Shown here: positions 23,772-37,699 of the stretch, in pieces
Layout: each line of letters opens with the position of its first letter
How positions within the stretch are numbered: position 1 is the first letter of the stretch
Position numbers and translations under genes: made by a program
Source: Eledone cirrhosa
Taxonomy: Eukaryota
Assembly (NCBI GenBank): GCA_964016885.1
Contig: OZ024741.1
Coordinates: 193,936,001-194,000,000 of the forward strand
DNA length: 64,000 nucleotides
Direction of reading: 5' to 3'
Notes under the pieces: model-generated
What the model was told of the DNA's origin: nothing
The model's database searches: none
What the model saw: the letters and a program-made list of their open reading frames with translations, nothing else

Positions 23772-24600
23772 ATCATCATCATCATCATTTTTATGTCCAC
23801 TTCTCCATGCTTCCATGGGTTGGACGGGTCCTTCTCAGCACGGCATCTCTCCTTTGCCATTGCCTCTGTGAGACTTCTCTTCCTCACACCACATCGAATT
23901 TCTCTCAAACCTAGCTTCTCCCTCAACTCGTCCAAGCTCTGCCTTTCTCTCATACTTACATTGCACATCCAACAGAACATGGTTGCTTCAGAGCCCATGT
24001 TTCACTACCATGGAGCATCACACTTCACACGCAAGTGTCATATAGTCATCTTTTGTACATAGGGAGAAACCTTTTGAACATAGCTCTCTAAACTTTTTCC
24101 ATTCTATCCTTATTTTAGCTATTATGCACCCAGAGCACTCTTCTCAATTGCTAATTGCGTTGCCTAGATAGCAGAAGCTATCAACCATTTCTATGAGTCC
24201 TTTCTGTGATTGGAATAGGCTTATATCACTGGCTATCTTCCACTTGGTTATCCCTGTGCATCTTCTACAAACAAAGTCTTCCCTTCCTGTTAGTCTACCT
24301 GTTATCCCACTACAACTCTTGTGTACCCAAGATTTACATCATATGGAGTTTATGCCCGCTCCCTTTCTATATATTGAGCAAGGCCACGTCCATGAAGAAA
24401 TCAGTCTTATCTTTCCTATTCACTAGCATTTTGGTTTTGGCTAAGTTTACTCTCAGACCTTTTCACTCTAAATTGTTTTCATAGTCACAACTTATTTTCT
24501 AGATCTTTACTGGATTTGTCTATAAGGACCAGATAATCTGCATACAGAAGTTCCCTTGGGCAACTGGTCTTAAACTCCTCTGTTATAGCCTGACGAATGA
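23772..24600 (-). mobile_element. RTE LINE fragment, tail-to-tail with the previous copy
   Basis: (CAT)n tail and decayed homologous RT C-terminus on the minus strand. Confidence 0.8.
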
Positions 24601-24619
24601 TTGGTATAGCTGCATCATC

Positions 24620-25720
24620 GTCAACTGCTACAATGGTAAAGGAGATGCATTAGATAGAGGAAATTATTGAGCATCAAGTTGATAGACCAGGTCATGAAAG
24701 TAACAGAAAGAGTTATAGCACAGCTGATTAGGGACGAAGTAAATGTAGATGAGATGCAGTTCAGATTTGTACTGCAGGGTATAACAGAGGAGTTAAAGAC
24801 CGACTGCCCATGGAAACTCCTGTATGCGGATGATCTTATACTCATAGCAGAATCTATGGTGGAACTAGAGAAGAAATTCCAAACATGAAAGCAGGGCATA
24901 GAAACAAGGGGCTATAAAGTCAACCTGACAAAAACTAAGGTCCTAGTAAGTAGAAAAGAAAACAGAACCCTGATCCTCTCAGGGAAATGGCCTTACTCAG
25001 TATGTAGGAAAGGTGTAGGTAGAAATTCCATCCTCTGCCCCAAATGCAAACTATGGATACACAAGAGATGTAGTAGGATCTCAGGAAGTTTAGCTAAGGA
25101 TATAGGCTTTACATGTAGCAGCTGCACCAGGTAAAGTAAGCAGCAAACAACCACAGGAAACAAGCGCTATCAAATTCTGAGAAGGCTCGATAGAAGCAGT
25201 AGACAGCTTCTGCTACCTGGGTAACTAAATTAGCGGTGGAGGTGGGTGTTCTGATGGTACAGTGGTGAGAGTGAGAACGGGATGGAAGAAGTTCAGGGAG
25301 CTACTACCACTGCTTGCTACAAAATGCTTTTCCTTCAAAATGAAAGTCAGAACAGCAATGCTGCAAAAGCACTGTCTGCAGAAGACTTGTGTAGATTATA
25401 AAGAAATGAAACTTGCATGCTCCGATGGCAAAGCATAAACAAACTGAGAAAGAGACTAGGCATTAGAGAAATCAGATGCAGTGTGCAGGAGGAGATTGCA
25501 TTGGTATGGACATGTGTTACTTATGAAGGATGACAGCTGTATAAAAAGGTGCAGAGCGCTCAAAGTTGATGGAAACTATGGAGTGGGGAGACCTAGGAAG
25601 ACTTGGGATCAGGTGATAAAAGCTGACCTTGTTCAATTGCACCTCTCAAAGATGATGATACAGGATTGAGATCTCTGGTCTTATGCAGTAATACAGAAGA
25701 CCCACCTTCCCATGGGCACA
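24620..25720 (+). mobile_element. RTE LINE fragment
   Basis: IKLIDQVMKV, LLYADDL, RRLHWYGHV and GRPRKTW motifs. Confidence 0.85.
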
Positions 25721-25831
25721 GGCCAAAGCTGAATTATATATATAGTATGCAGCACACCACCCCCACCCCAACCTCCCATGAGGACAGGCTGAAGCATACA
25801 TCCATTGAAGCCTCCATTCCACACTGTAAAG

Positions 25832-26480
25832 CAGGGGTCAGCAACCTATGGCCCACAGGCCGAATCTGGCCCGTGAAGGTATTTTGACCATCCCACTCGA
25901 ACTGATGCCCAATGAGTTTATTTAAAATTTAAATTTATTGTAATATGAGAGACGAGACTTTCGAATACAATAACATTCTTCCACAAATCTTCTGATTCAC
26001 TCTACCTAATTGCCACCACCAACCGAATGTGAATGCTTTGACAGCAAAAACACAATTAAAAATTTGTCGCATACTCAGGGCTCCGCACATCATTTCCGCT
26101 CACACAATACAAAAATAATAACAATACAATTCTGAAACATTTCTACCCAATCACCACCACTCCGCGTAAAAAATAAAACAAAAAACTGAGAGCCAACTTG
26201 AGCCTGCCAATGGATATAAAAAAACTGCCTCAAAGGGAAAATTGTCTCAGTCGGTGCACTGCCTTCACCCTGTCAATGGCAAACCCCCATCTTTGATTCG
26301 CGAAACCAACAACATTCATCTGAGGTTGCTACAAATTATTTTTAAGTATAGTCAACACTCATGATTAAATTTTAGCTTGTGTAATTTTCCATAATTATTC
26401 TTTTATGGCCTTCGTCCGGCCCGCTATCCATCATTAATACTCAATCTGGCCCGTGGAGGCAAAGAAGTTGCCGACCCCTG
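25832..26480. mobile_element. hAT (Charlie-like) non-autonomous transposon
   Basis: TIRs caggggtcagcaac / gttgccgacccctg and perfect 8-bp TSD ctgtaaag. Confidence 0.92.
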
Positions 26481-26535
26481 CTGTAAAGTGTTCGTTTGAT
26501 AAACATAGTATTTTGTACACGTAAAAAGCAAATAA

Positions 26536-27301
26536 TCTCCTTATAATATATAACCAGCAATTTCTCTGTCTGTCTGTCCGACAGTGGAAACACGTGCGCG
26601 CGTGGTTGCTATCTCTCTCTCTCTCTCCAGCTATCCCTCTCTTTTAGTCTGTCTGTTTCTCTCACTCTCACTCTTTCTCTTTGTAACACACTAACATTCC
26701 TCCCCTCTATCGCTGTGACGAATGGGGAGATGGAGGAGGAGGAGGAGGAGAGAGTCACTTCGTCACTTCACCTCTGCCTTTCTTTCTCTCCCCTCACTCC
26801 CTCATTACGTACAGACATTAGGGCGGTGGATTGGCAGAATCTGTAGAGAGTCGGACACCATGCTTCATAGCATGGAGTTACGTCCCTTTAGGGTCTGAGT
26901 TCAAATACCGCCAAGGTTAACCTTACCTTTCATCCTCACGGGGTCGATAAAATAAAGTACCAGTAATGTACTGGGTAATTGCTGGCCTTGTGCCAAAAGT
27001 AGAAACAATTATTAGAAACATTGCTTCATTTTTACATATCTAAGCATTAGTAAAATAACTAATAATTTCAAAAGTAATTTTTCAATTCCAATTGTTATGA
27101 ACAGCAAAACATTAATAATAATTTTGTTCTAAGAAATATATATACATTTCTGTGTGTGTAATATATATATATACACACAGAAATATATATACATTTCTGT
27201 GTGTGTAATATATATATACACACAGAAATATATATACATTTCTGTGTGTGTAATATATATATATATACACACAGAAATATATATACATTTCTGTGTGTGT
27301 A

Positions 27302-27332
<31 letters not shown>

Positions 27333-27358
27333 GAAATATATATACATTTCTGTGTGTG

Positions 27359-27399
<41 letters not shown>

Positions 27400-29375
27400 G
27401 AAATATATGGGCATTTCTCTGTTTTCTGTCTGTCTGTATGTCCTTCCCTAAAACTCAAATGTAGGTGCTACAGAAATATTACCTTCCCCTTCCTTTCTCC
27501 ACTTTGGTACTACCAAGAGAAACACTGTCGCTATAGAAACATTACCTTCCTCTCTCCACTGTCTTTGGTCACTGAGGCCGAGGGAATCGCTGGTTGCTAT
27601 AGAGACACCTTGCACAAGCCAGAAATAACCAGTTCGAGGTGGTTCTGACTTGACACCATGCCAAGTCTACTTATAATATATAATGGGCATTTCTCTGTTT
27701 GTTTGTCTGTCTGTCCGTCTGTAAAAAATGCCAAGAAAACAAATAGACGCGGTTTCAAATCTCTATGCTTTTCAAATTCATTACATTAATCTTTATTTAT
27801 ACGTTTCGCTTTATGAGTGTTTCGACTTACAAGTGTTTCGGCTTACGAGTGTTTCGGCTTATCATTATATATAAACGTTTCTATTTCCATCGTTTTATCG
27901 TAAACGTTTATATATTTCCATCGTTATATCATAACGTTTATGTATCATAACGTTTATATTTCCGTCACTAATCTCTTTTCTCCTTTTTCGTTTTAACATA
28001 TATTTATTTCAAAGATTTCACCGTATAGATAACATATATATTTTTACATGCATAAAAGACACACCGAGAGACGGTGAACATGTGGTGCCGAAAACATTTC
28101 TCATCCAAATCTCAACAATATCAGTATATACACTAGATTTGCTAGCAGAAAACCGCCCACCGGGTGGTTTTCTGCTAGTCTATATATATAAAACTGAGAA
28201 TGTCTGTCTGTGTGTGTGTGTGTCTGTCAGTTTGAATCCCTAAAACTCGAGAAGTACCCTAGGGCCCGCATTAGGTGAAAAACTGCGTTTTTTCAGCTTT
28301 TTAGGGGGTTTTTTAGGCGTTACGTCAGACCGATTTCCTTGAAATTGTAACTATGTATTAGTCAGTCTCTTCTTCATACCGTGAGCAAAGAAAATCCAAC
28401 TTTTTATGGCATAGGTGAAAAACTTCATTTTTTCAGCTTTTTAGGGCTTTTTTGGGTCTAGCCGATTTTCCCGAAATTTCAAGGCATATTATGCACATAA
28501 AAAAATTCATTTTCTTGATCCCCTAGGCCCGCATTAGGTGAAAACCTGCATTTTTCCTGCTTCATCGAGGAAAATATTAAAGATTATCCAGCCATCAGAG
28601 TATTCGGTTTATTTTCTTTACATATTGTCCAGGCATGCAGTTTTTCCACGATTAGGTCTGTTGGCAGCCCACGTTCCAAAATACCCTGAATCATCGAGCG
28701 CTTGCCACACATCTCGGAAGTTGTTTTTCGTTAATTCCTAAGCCGAAATACGATTCTCGCTAATTTATATTTGTATTAAACCCACAGTCTAGCTATTGAC
28801 CAGTTAATTTTCTTGATTTTTTTAGTTGATTCTATTGACTGATGAATAGCTTATGTTATCTTTAACCATTCTGTCAAGAGCTTTATTCGATTTGTGATAT
28901 TTTTCATTCTTACAATATTATACACAACTGAATTCATTCGCCTAAAATAAGTGTTGCCTCCCTTGCTGAACTCCACGTGGGGTCAGTAATAGTCACACTT
29001 TGGATTAGCAATTGAGCAAAAACCTGTTGATAAAGTGGCTTCCTTGTTCAATCATCTTACCAGAAGCCTAACATTTTTTATGTAAGCGGACAGTACTTGA
29101 TTTAGGAGTCGCAGAAACCCAAATACTGGATTTTACCAACCTTCCAGGGGTCCGGGTAAATTTTCAATCACATATATTTTTATTGTTTGACCCAAATTAC
29201 TTGGTCGTTTCTTTGGCTGTGCGGATGTTTGTTTAACCATCATCTCAGTGTGTTTGGCCTTTAAGGTATGTTGTAGCTCTGATTCATCTGATTCATCAAG
29301 CGCTTGCCACACATCTCGGAAGTTGTTTTTCGTTAATTCCTAAGCCGAAATACGATTCTCGCTAATTTATATTTA
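26536..29375 (+). mobile_element. Cluster of non-autonomous Helitron-like elements (with nested SINE 26820-27012)
   Basis: Repeated 5' motif TC..tataatatata..(tctg)n at 26536, about 27666 and 28179. 3' hairpin plus CTAG|T at 28142-28179. Internal direct duplication 28691-28770 / 29295-29375. Confidence 0.55.
27132..27408. repeat. Minisatellite with variable (TA)n core
   Basis: Unit cagaaatatatatacatttctgtgtgtgtaa(ta)n caca, about 5 copies. Confidence 0.92.
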
Positions 29376-29676
29376 TATATATATATATATATATATCCAA
29401 GCTCTTGCTGTATCAACAGCTAGTTCCATGTGGGAGGGTCATGCTGCCAATGTTGGTTTTCACTTCAATTTATTATAAATTTCCAATTGGTTGGTTCAAT
29501 AACTGGATGGTTGTTTATATATTGGCAAAGCTCTTTCGTGGGACGTTCTGTGACCTTCACACTGACTGATTCGATATTTTGTCTCCCCTTTGTTCTGTCC
29601 TACACCATCTTGTTTTTGTATTATAATATACCTTCCATATACTGTACCGATTGTGTTGTTATTTCTGTTTACCTAT

Positions 29677-29736
<60 letters not shown>

Positions 29737-29811
29737 TTCTCAAGTCAACTGGTTGTTTACACTTCTAGTGGCCAACAACTCATATGTATGTATATCTGTT
29801 TCTATCTTCAG

Positions 29812-30034
29812 ATGCCCACCATTAAGATATCTGCTGATGATGTTACTAATATCACTATTGCTACAACCAATACCCTCATCCCAACCACTCCTGCCACCAA
29901 CAATAACAATAGCAACTCAGCTGAACAAGTAGCAGGTATCATCCAGGGTGAATCTGAAGACAACATCATAGTCTCTGTAAAACCTGGAATAAGAATTGGT
30001 GAAGATGAAAGATCTGTTCTTGAGATGGATAATG
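29812..30034 (+). CDS. DNAAF1: DNAAF1 putative first coding exon (MPTIKISADD...)
   Basis: ttcag|ATG acceptor and G|gtaaat donor (phase 1). In frame with downstream exons. The sequence itself is not conserved. Confidence 0.65.
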
Positions 30035-30299
30035 GTAAATCGTATATTTACTTTAATCTTATTGAAGTTAGAAATTTTTTTTTGTCTTTCTTCATAGCAT
30101 TTACTCTTCCAGGACAATTATAAAATGATTGTCACATGATCTTGTCTTTTATCATAATAGTGGTCATTATTTACATGAAAAGGGTTGGATTGGCAGTATT
30201 GGTAGAGGGTCGGACGGCATGCTTTTTCTCTGGAAAAAAAATCTTACTTCTTTCAATTCTGTCTTAACAACAGTGTTACTCCAGAACAGTAGAAAACTG

Positions 30300-31635
30300 C
30301 CAGTGTCATTCTTCTGCTCGAAAGAGGTGATCACACATCATCTGCCAACTATCGTCCAGTCAGTCTTGCTAGCTGCATCACCAAACTGATGGAATCTCGT
30401 GCCAGAGAAGTATTCTGGAATTCTCACAGCCTTATCCAGCCCTTGCAAAATCCAGCTGCTGTGACCAACTCATTGAATTTCTTGAAGACATTACTCGGAT
30501 CACTGATGGCAGCTCATGGGTGGATGTTGTTTATCTTGACTTTGCTAAAGCTTTTAATTCTGTGCCACACAAAAGACTTATGGCAAAACTCTCTGCAATG
30601 GGTGTGAGAGATGATCTTTATAACTGGTTGAAGTCCTTCATTCTCAATTGAAAAGAGATAGTCACAGTTCTAGGACAGCATTCTTCACTCTATGAGATGT
30701 CATCTGGTGTACCACAGGGATCTGTTCTTTGTCGCCTTTTGTTTGTTGCATATATTAATGACACAGATGCCAACTTAAAGAATGCAACACTGCTGAAATA
30801 CGTAGGTGACATCAAGCAGTACCTTGAAATAAAAAGGACAGATACTGTATGCTATAGATCTTTCCTGCAATCAGACATGGATACAATGCAACAATGGATT
30901 ACGGACTGGCAACTCAAGCTTGCTGTGAACAAGTGCACCACCATGCATTATTGTCAAAAGCAATTTGCGTTGAATAAAGCACATCTCTAAAATTGTCAAG
31001 AAGGCAAAGCATGTCTTAGCATCACTCAGTAAGATCTTTGTGAGCCACTCTCCAGCTATCTTTTTAAAGCTGTATATAACTAAGATGTGGCCACACATGG
31101 AATTTGCATCACCAGCCTGGAAACCCTATCTTGCTCAGAATATTGACCTTCTGGAAACAGTTCAGGGATGTGTAACCATGCAAATGCCCTCCATCAGGCA
31201 TCTACCATGCTCTGAACACCTTGCTTCCTTGGGCATTGATACATTAAAACTCTGATGTCTGGCAACTGACTAGGTAAACATCCACAAAATTATTAACTGT
31301 CTTGCCAACAACAACCCTGAGCACCTTTTTGAATTCCAAGTGTCTAACACACGTGAGCATGCCAACAAAGTCAGAAAGCTTCACAGCTCCCATGATTTTC
31401 AGAAACATTTTTTCACACTCAGTGACACTGCATCCTTCAAAACTTCCATGCTTCCCGAAATACACCAACACTACACCTAATATTCCCTCTCCATACACAC
31501 GCATTTTGTATCTGTGTGTATATCATGACTCATGCACTTCACTTTCCTGATATTTGTACATTATTCTATGTACTATACATGCACCTTTGACGAGTTATAG
31601 TGCACCCGAGCACTGTACACAATAATTTTCATTAC
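30300..31635 (+). mobile_element. CR1-clade LINE 3' fragment, decayed
   Basis: DVVYLDFAKAF, VPHKRL, SGVPQGSVL and PHMEFASPAW motifs, followed by a trinucleotide tail. Confidence 0.88.
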
Positions 31636-31695
31636 TACTACTACTGCCGTTGCTGCTGTTACTATTACTACTACTACTACTACTACTACTACTAT

Positions 31696-31726
<31 letters not shown>

Positions 31727-31857
31727 ACTACTACTACTACTACTACTACTGTTGTTGCTGCTGCTACTAATACTACTCTTGTTGCTGTTGTTGCTATTAC
31801 TAGTATCACCACTACCACTACTGCTAATAGTACTTTGACTACTGCTGCTGTTGCTAC
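31630..31857. repeat. (CTA/CTG)n compound trinucleotide microsatellite
   Basis: Direct reading. It is the source of spurious poly-Leu and poly-Val ORFs. Confidence 0.95.
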
Positions 31858-32106
31858 CAAGAAGAAGGCAGATTAGAGTTTACGAAAGTCAAGGAAAATG
31901 CAGAGATTTCAAGCATCTTTATATAGAATGTTATAATCAAGGAATTGTTAAATGAATTATTTTTTTTTTATAAATTCCATCATTTGTGATGGGTACTATG
32001 CTAGTTATTATATACTAGCTAGCACGTCCGGCTACCATTGGCGTGTTCTACGGCATCCAGATATATATATATAGCTGACTTGGATAAACAGACGATAAGC
32101 CATCTG

Positions 32107-32495
32107 TGTATTACTGTTGAAAATATATAGTATAGTATTATTGTTGAAAATATATAGTACAGTACATTATTACTGTTGAAAATATATAGTATAGTATTAC
32201 TGTTGAAAATATATAGTATAGTATTACTGTTGAAAATATATAGTACAGTATTACTGTTGAAAATATATAGTACAGTATTACTGTTGAAAACATATAGTAT
32301 AGTATTACTGTTGAAAATATATAGTACAGTATTACTGTTGAAAATATATAGTACAGTATTACTGTTGAAAACATATAGTATAGTATTACTGTTGAAAATA
32401 TATAGTATAGTATTACTGTTGAAAACATATAGTACAAAATTACTGTTGAAATATGTAGTACAGTATTACTGTTGAAAATATATAGTATAGTACAG
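32107..32495. repeat. 27-bp minisatellite inside a minus-strand Helitron-like remnant (from about 32016)
   Basis: Unit tattactgttgaaaatatatagtatag, about 14 copies. 32025-32108 is the reverse complement of 39594-39688. Confidence 0.9.
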
Positions 32496-32782
32496 TATAT
32501 ACTATATACTGTGAACGCAGAAGTAAATATTTCATTTTGCTATATTGAATTCCTATAAGGTAGAAGATGCTTTTATATCTACAGCCCCACTGCCGTCACC
32601 TTGTTCTACCTCCCTCCATTTATTTTTATATAATCAGAGCCAAAATAAACCAATATAGCTATCTTTTAGTCAACATTCAGTCACAGCTTAGCTTCACATT
32701 CAAATATTTCTTGTTTTTTCTATATTTTGCATGCACTTTTCCCATGTAAGATTATAAATATTGGCTATTTTTCCTCTTTCAG

Positions 32783-34840
32783 ATGAAATTAATGGTCAGT
32801 GTGAACCTGTTGGAGATAGTTTGAAGATAGTGGAAGCTGTTAGGAATTCTTCCAAGATAGCAGAATCTAAAGAATTAAAGTCAGTGGAAGCTGGTGATGA
32901 TGGTTTAAAGCGAGTGGAAGATGTTGGGGATTGTTCAAAGAAAGTGGAAGATGTTAGAGATAATTTAAAAGTGGCAGAATCTATTGGAGATAGTATGGAC
33001 TTAGTAGATAATGTTGGAGATTGTAAAGACATGGTAGATGGTGTTGGAAATCGTTCAAACACATGGAAAATTGATGGAAATGGTTTAGATACAGTGCGAG
33101 TTGAGAGAGATGGCTCAAAGGCTGTGGAAACTATTGGAAATGATTCAGAGGTTGTGGAATCTATAGGAGATAGTTCAAAGGTTGTTGAATCTATTGGAGA
33201 TGATTCAAAGGCTGTGGAATCTACTGGAGATGATTTAAAGCTAGTTGAATCTACTGGAGATGATTCAAAGCCTGTTGAATCTATTGGTGATGGTTCAAAG
33301 GCTGTTGAATCTATTAGTGATGGATTAAAGGCTGTGGAATCTATTAGTGATGGTTCAAAGGCTGTTGAATCTATTGATGATGATTCAAAGGCTGTTGAAT
33401 CTACTAGAGATGGTTCAAAGGCAGTTGAATCTATTGGTGATGGTTCAAAGGCTGTTGAACCTATTAGTGATGGTTCAAAGGCTGTGGAATCTATTGATGA
33501 TGGCTCAAAGGCTGTTGAATCTATTTCTGATGGTTCAAAGGCTGTTGAATCTACTGGAAATGATTTAAAGGTTGTTGAATCTAATGGAGATGGTTCAAAG
33601 GCTGTTGAATCTATTGGAGATTGTTCAAATGCTGTTGAATCTACTGGAGATGATTCAAAGGCAGTTGAATCTAATGGAGATGGTTCAAAGGCTGTTGAAT
33701 CTATTGGAGATTTTTCAAATGCTGTTGAATCTACTGGAGATGATTCAAAGGTTGTTGAATCTAATGGAGATGATTCAAAAGTTGTTGAATCTACTGGAGA
33801 TGGTTCAAAGGCTGTTGAATCTATTAGTGATGGATTAAAGGCTGTGGAATCTACTGGAGATGATTCAAAAGTTGTTGAATCTACTGGAGATGATTCAAAG
33901 GTTGTTGAATCAAATGGAGATGGTTCAAAAGTTGTTGAATCTACTGGAGATGATTCAAAGGCTGTTGAATCTACTGGAGATGATTCAAATGCTGTTGAAT
34001 CTACTGGAGATGGTTCAAAAGTTGTTGAATCTACTGGAGATGATTCAAAGGCTGTTGAATCTAATGGAGATGGTTCAAAAGTTGTTGAATCTACTGGAGA
34101 TGGTTCAAAGGCTGTTGAATCTACTGGAGATGATTCAAAGGTTGTTGAATCTACTGGAGATGGTTCAAAGGCTGTTGAATCTATTAGTGATGGATTAAAG
34201 GCTGTGGAATCTACTGGAGATGATTCAAAGGTTGTTGAATCTAATGAAGATGGTTCAAAAGTTGTTGAATCTACTGGAGACGGTTCAAAGGCTGTTGAAT
34301 CTATTGGAGATTGTTCAAATGCTGTTGAATCTACTGGAGATGATTCAAAGGTTGTTGAATCTAATGGAGATGGTTCAAAAGTTGTTGAATCTACTGGAGA
34401 TGGTTCAAAGGCTGTTGAATCTACTGGAGATGATTCAAAGGTTGTTGAATCTAATGGAGATGGTTCAAAGGTTGTTGAATCTATTGGAGATTGTTCAAAT
34501 GCTGTTGAATCTACTGGAGATGATTCAAAGGCAGTTGAATCTAATGGAGATGGTTCAAAAGTTGTTGAATCTACTGGAGATGGTTCAAAGGCTGTTGAAT
34601 CTATTGGAGATCGTTCAAAGGCTGTTGAATCTACTGGAGATGGTTCAAAGGCTGTTGAATCTATTGGTGATGGTTCAAAGGTTGTTGAATCTATTGGTGA
34701 TGGTTCAAAAGCAGTGGAATCTACTGGAGATGGTTTAAAGACAAAAGAAGTTGTTCAAGATGGTTCAAAGACAGTGGAATCTAAGGAAATGACTACAAAC
34801 ACTTTGGATGACACACAGAAGAATGCTGCTAACAATAACG
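32783..34840 (+). CDS. DNAAF1: DNAAF1 putative giant exon encoding acidic decapeptide repeats (AVESTGDGSK-like)
   Basis: ttcctctttcag acceptor, G|gtaatt donor, phase 1-1, 686 open codons. 54 in-register 30-bp units at 33121-34740. Confidence 0.72.
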
Positions 34841-37699
34841 GTAATTAATCCCCTTTCAATTAATATTAGAAATTAATCAGAAATAACATTGTATATTGAT
34901 GTGTGTTTCTGGTAACTTTCCATACTGAGTACAACTTCTCCCTAGGTGATATATCAAAGAATTGATTTCTTTTGAACTTTGACTGGTCTCGTACATATTA
35001 ATACATTTCTATAAAGTCTTTGGTGGTACACTAACTAGAAATGTGTTCTAATAAGCTCTCACTTGGTTCTTACATATTAAGAGACTGCCCGAAGATAAAA
35101 ATCTTCACTCGGGCTCTAACCAGATGCTTGTTGCAATTTGGAGATGATATATTAGCATTATATTAACGGGCATTATAGAGATTTTGAAAATGATGTAAAA
35201 TTGTAAGTATGAGAGATTCCCAATATGAAAGATTGTAAGTATGAAATATTCACAATATGAAAGATTGTAAGTATGAAAGATTCACAATGTTTCATGCCGA
35301 TTATTTATTTTTTTGATGAAAAGGCTGACAAAAGTAAACAGAAAAAACGAATGCATCTGTTTGTCTAAAATAGAGTTATTTATTTTGTCGAATATTTGAT
35401 TTGCAGCTATGTTCAAACCTTTGGTTAATTTGTGGAAACCACAAGGTTAACAATAAGAGAATCATGACGAATTGGTGAAGCTAAATTGTAAACTATAGAC
35501 GTTTACATGTTTAGTAGTCATTATCACCTTTTAGCATGATTGCCACTTCAGGAAGATGGAGATGTAGAAGTGTTCCAATGGTTCAAAAAGTATAGATCAA
35601 AAGGCGTAGTTTTTTTAAAGAAAAATAATTTATTTTCCCAATTGGCTTGAATACGTGAACAAAGTGAATGCAGCAAGATGTTAGTGAAATAAATGTTTTT
35701 TCTCTAGTAGGCTAAAAATGTAGTGAGACAGGCACTAATTTATCCTTAATTACTGTCACTATCAAAGTTGATCACAGGAAGGGCAATAATGTTGCATCCG
35801 TAAGGGATTAGAATATTTGATAACACAAAGTTGACAGATAAATGGTAAATCTCTGAAACGCCATCTAAAGACCTACTCTCAATGTTAGAGAGAAAAATCA
35901 AAAACAGTGGGAAAGCTAGTTATCGAGCTGTTGCACTACCAGCGTCCAAAACGTAACTGTATTCATACGTCACCAACCCTACAGGGCTGGCGACTGACCA
36001 AGCATGACCAAATTATGCCACAGCGATAAAATAGTACTATCATGTCTTGCTACACATGAAAAAGAGACAGGTAAGCTAGTGATGTGGACAAGGAATTTAA
36101 AAAGGGTAAGAGATGTAATACATGACAGGCTGTCAGTCAAGTGACCTGGGGGTTCAAACAGTGGCCGAAATTGGCCACAGCTAACTCTGTTGCTATCAAA
36201 GTTTATGACCGAATAAGGGGAAGTGAGCTGATGGCACACCACAAAAAGACACCCCGCAGGTTCAGGATTTTTGTGACAGAATCTACTAACATATAATACC
36301 CTTGTGTATTTGTCTGTCACACACTAGAGATGACTGAGGAAGGAAGGGGTGATAATGTCAACTTAGGAAGGAAGGGTTGATAATATCAACTGAGGAAGGA
36401 AGGGGTGGCAGCATCTAATATATGATTATGTCAGGTGTTTGTGTGTGTATGTGTATATGTGTTTGTGTAAATTATATTTCTATATAATATTTGTCTGAGT
36501 GTATATGTGTTTGTGTGTGTTTATTTAGAAAGATACATAGACAATAGAATTACAAACACACACCCATCTACACATACACATATATAAACAGACACGCTTA
36601 GAAAAAATAAGTGTTACATGCACATATATCTATGTGATGACTGAGGAAGGAGGGGGTGAGAAACTATAGGTGTCCATCATTCTAAGATTCGTCACAGCTG
36701 TGTGTTTGTATGTGTATATCATTTGTGTGAGTGAGAGGGAAGAAACCAACCAACAAACATCTCTTTTTTATATTACAATTAGTCATCATTTTTGATGGCA
36801 TGGGGTCATCTAGTTTTATAAATATTAATAAAACTGTAAGGTGGTTGTGTGGGTGTCACAATAAAAAGCACCCAGCACACACTGTAAATGTGGTTGGCAT
36901 TAGGAAGGGCATCTAGCTGTAGAAATCTAGCCAGAAACAGTTCTATATGAGCAAGACATGGTCACCTGACCCAACTTGCCTCAAATGGAACAACCCATCA
37001 AACCCATGCTAGCGAGGAAAGTGGACGTTAAACGATAATGATGAAGATGATGATACTAATACATACAATATGAAAATAGTTATACTTTCATACAGTAACA
37101 ACTTGGCTACTGTATGATTTTGCCACAAGTTTGAAATTGATTTTTTTGTCCTGGAATATCAAATATTGTTTTAGATAACCTTTCAACTGTGGATTAGGTA
37201 TTAGCCAGGTTGACTGAGACAAATAGCAATGGGATATATCTTATCTTGGATTGGGATGTAGCTGTAACTTGGATTGGGTCTTAAATATTGAAGCAGACTT
37301 TGCTAAAGATACATATGAGGCAGGTGGAGGAGGTAAACCTGGCAACATATTAAGTCTATCACTCAAGAAATGGAATATTTCTACTAATCAGCTTCCACAC
37401 AGCTTCTGTCTATCAATTTCCCTCACAGGGCTTTAGTTAACCTGAGGGTATGGGAGAAGATACTTACCCAATGTTCCATGTAGTGGAATCAAATCTAAAA
37501 CCATATAGTTGTAAAACAGAATTTTAACCAAAGAGGCATATCTATACCTAATATTTCGAGTGTACATTTAAAGGGTATTGTCATCATCACTGTGACTGCT
37601 GCCGACACCTTTGTTGTTTCACATCTATTTTTCCATGCTTGCATGAGTTAGATGGATTGTCACATTCGAAGGCTAGACTAGCATGGCTTGAGATGAATA

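Noticed and set aside
27095-27648. YIYI-rich ORFs here and at other (TA)n tracts
   Set aside because: Microsatellite and minisatellite artefacts.
31573-31860. Poly-Leu and poly-Val/Ala ORFs
   Set aside because: Translations of a trinucleotide microsatellite.
33347-34738. Alternative-frame ORFs (MVQRLLNLLE)n
   Set aside because: These are shadow frames of the 30-bp repeat. They are interrupted by stops and incompatible with the splice phases.
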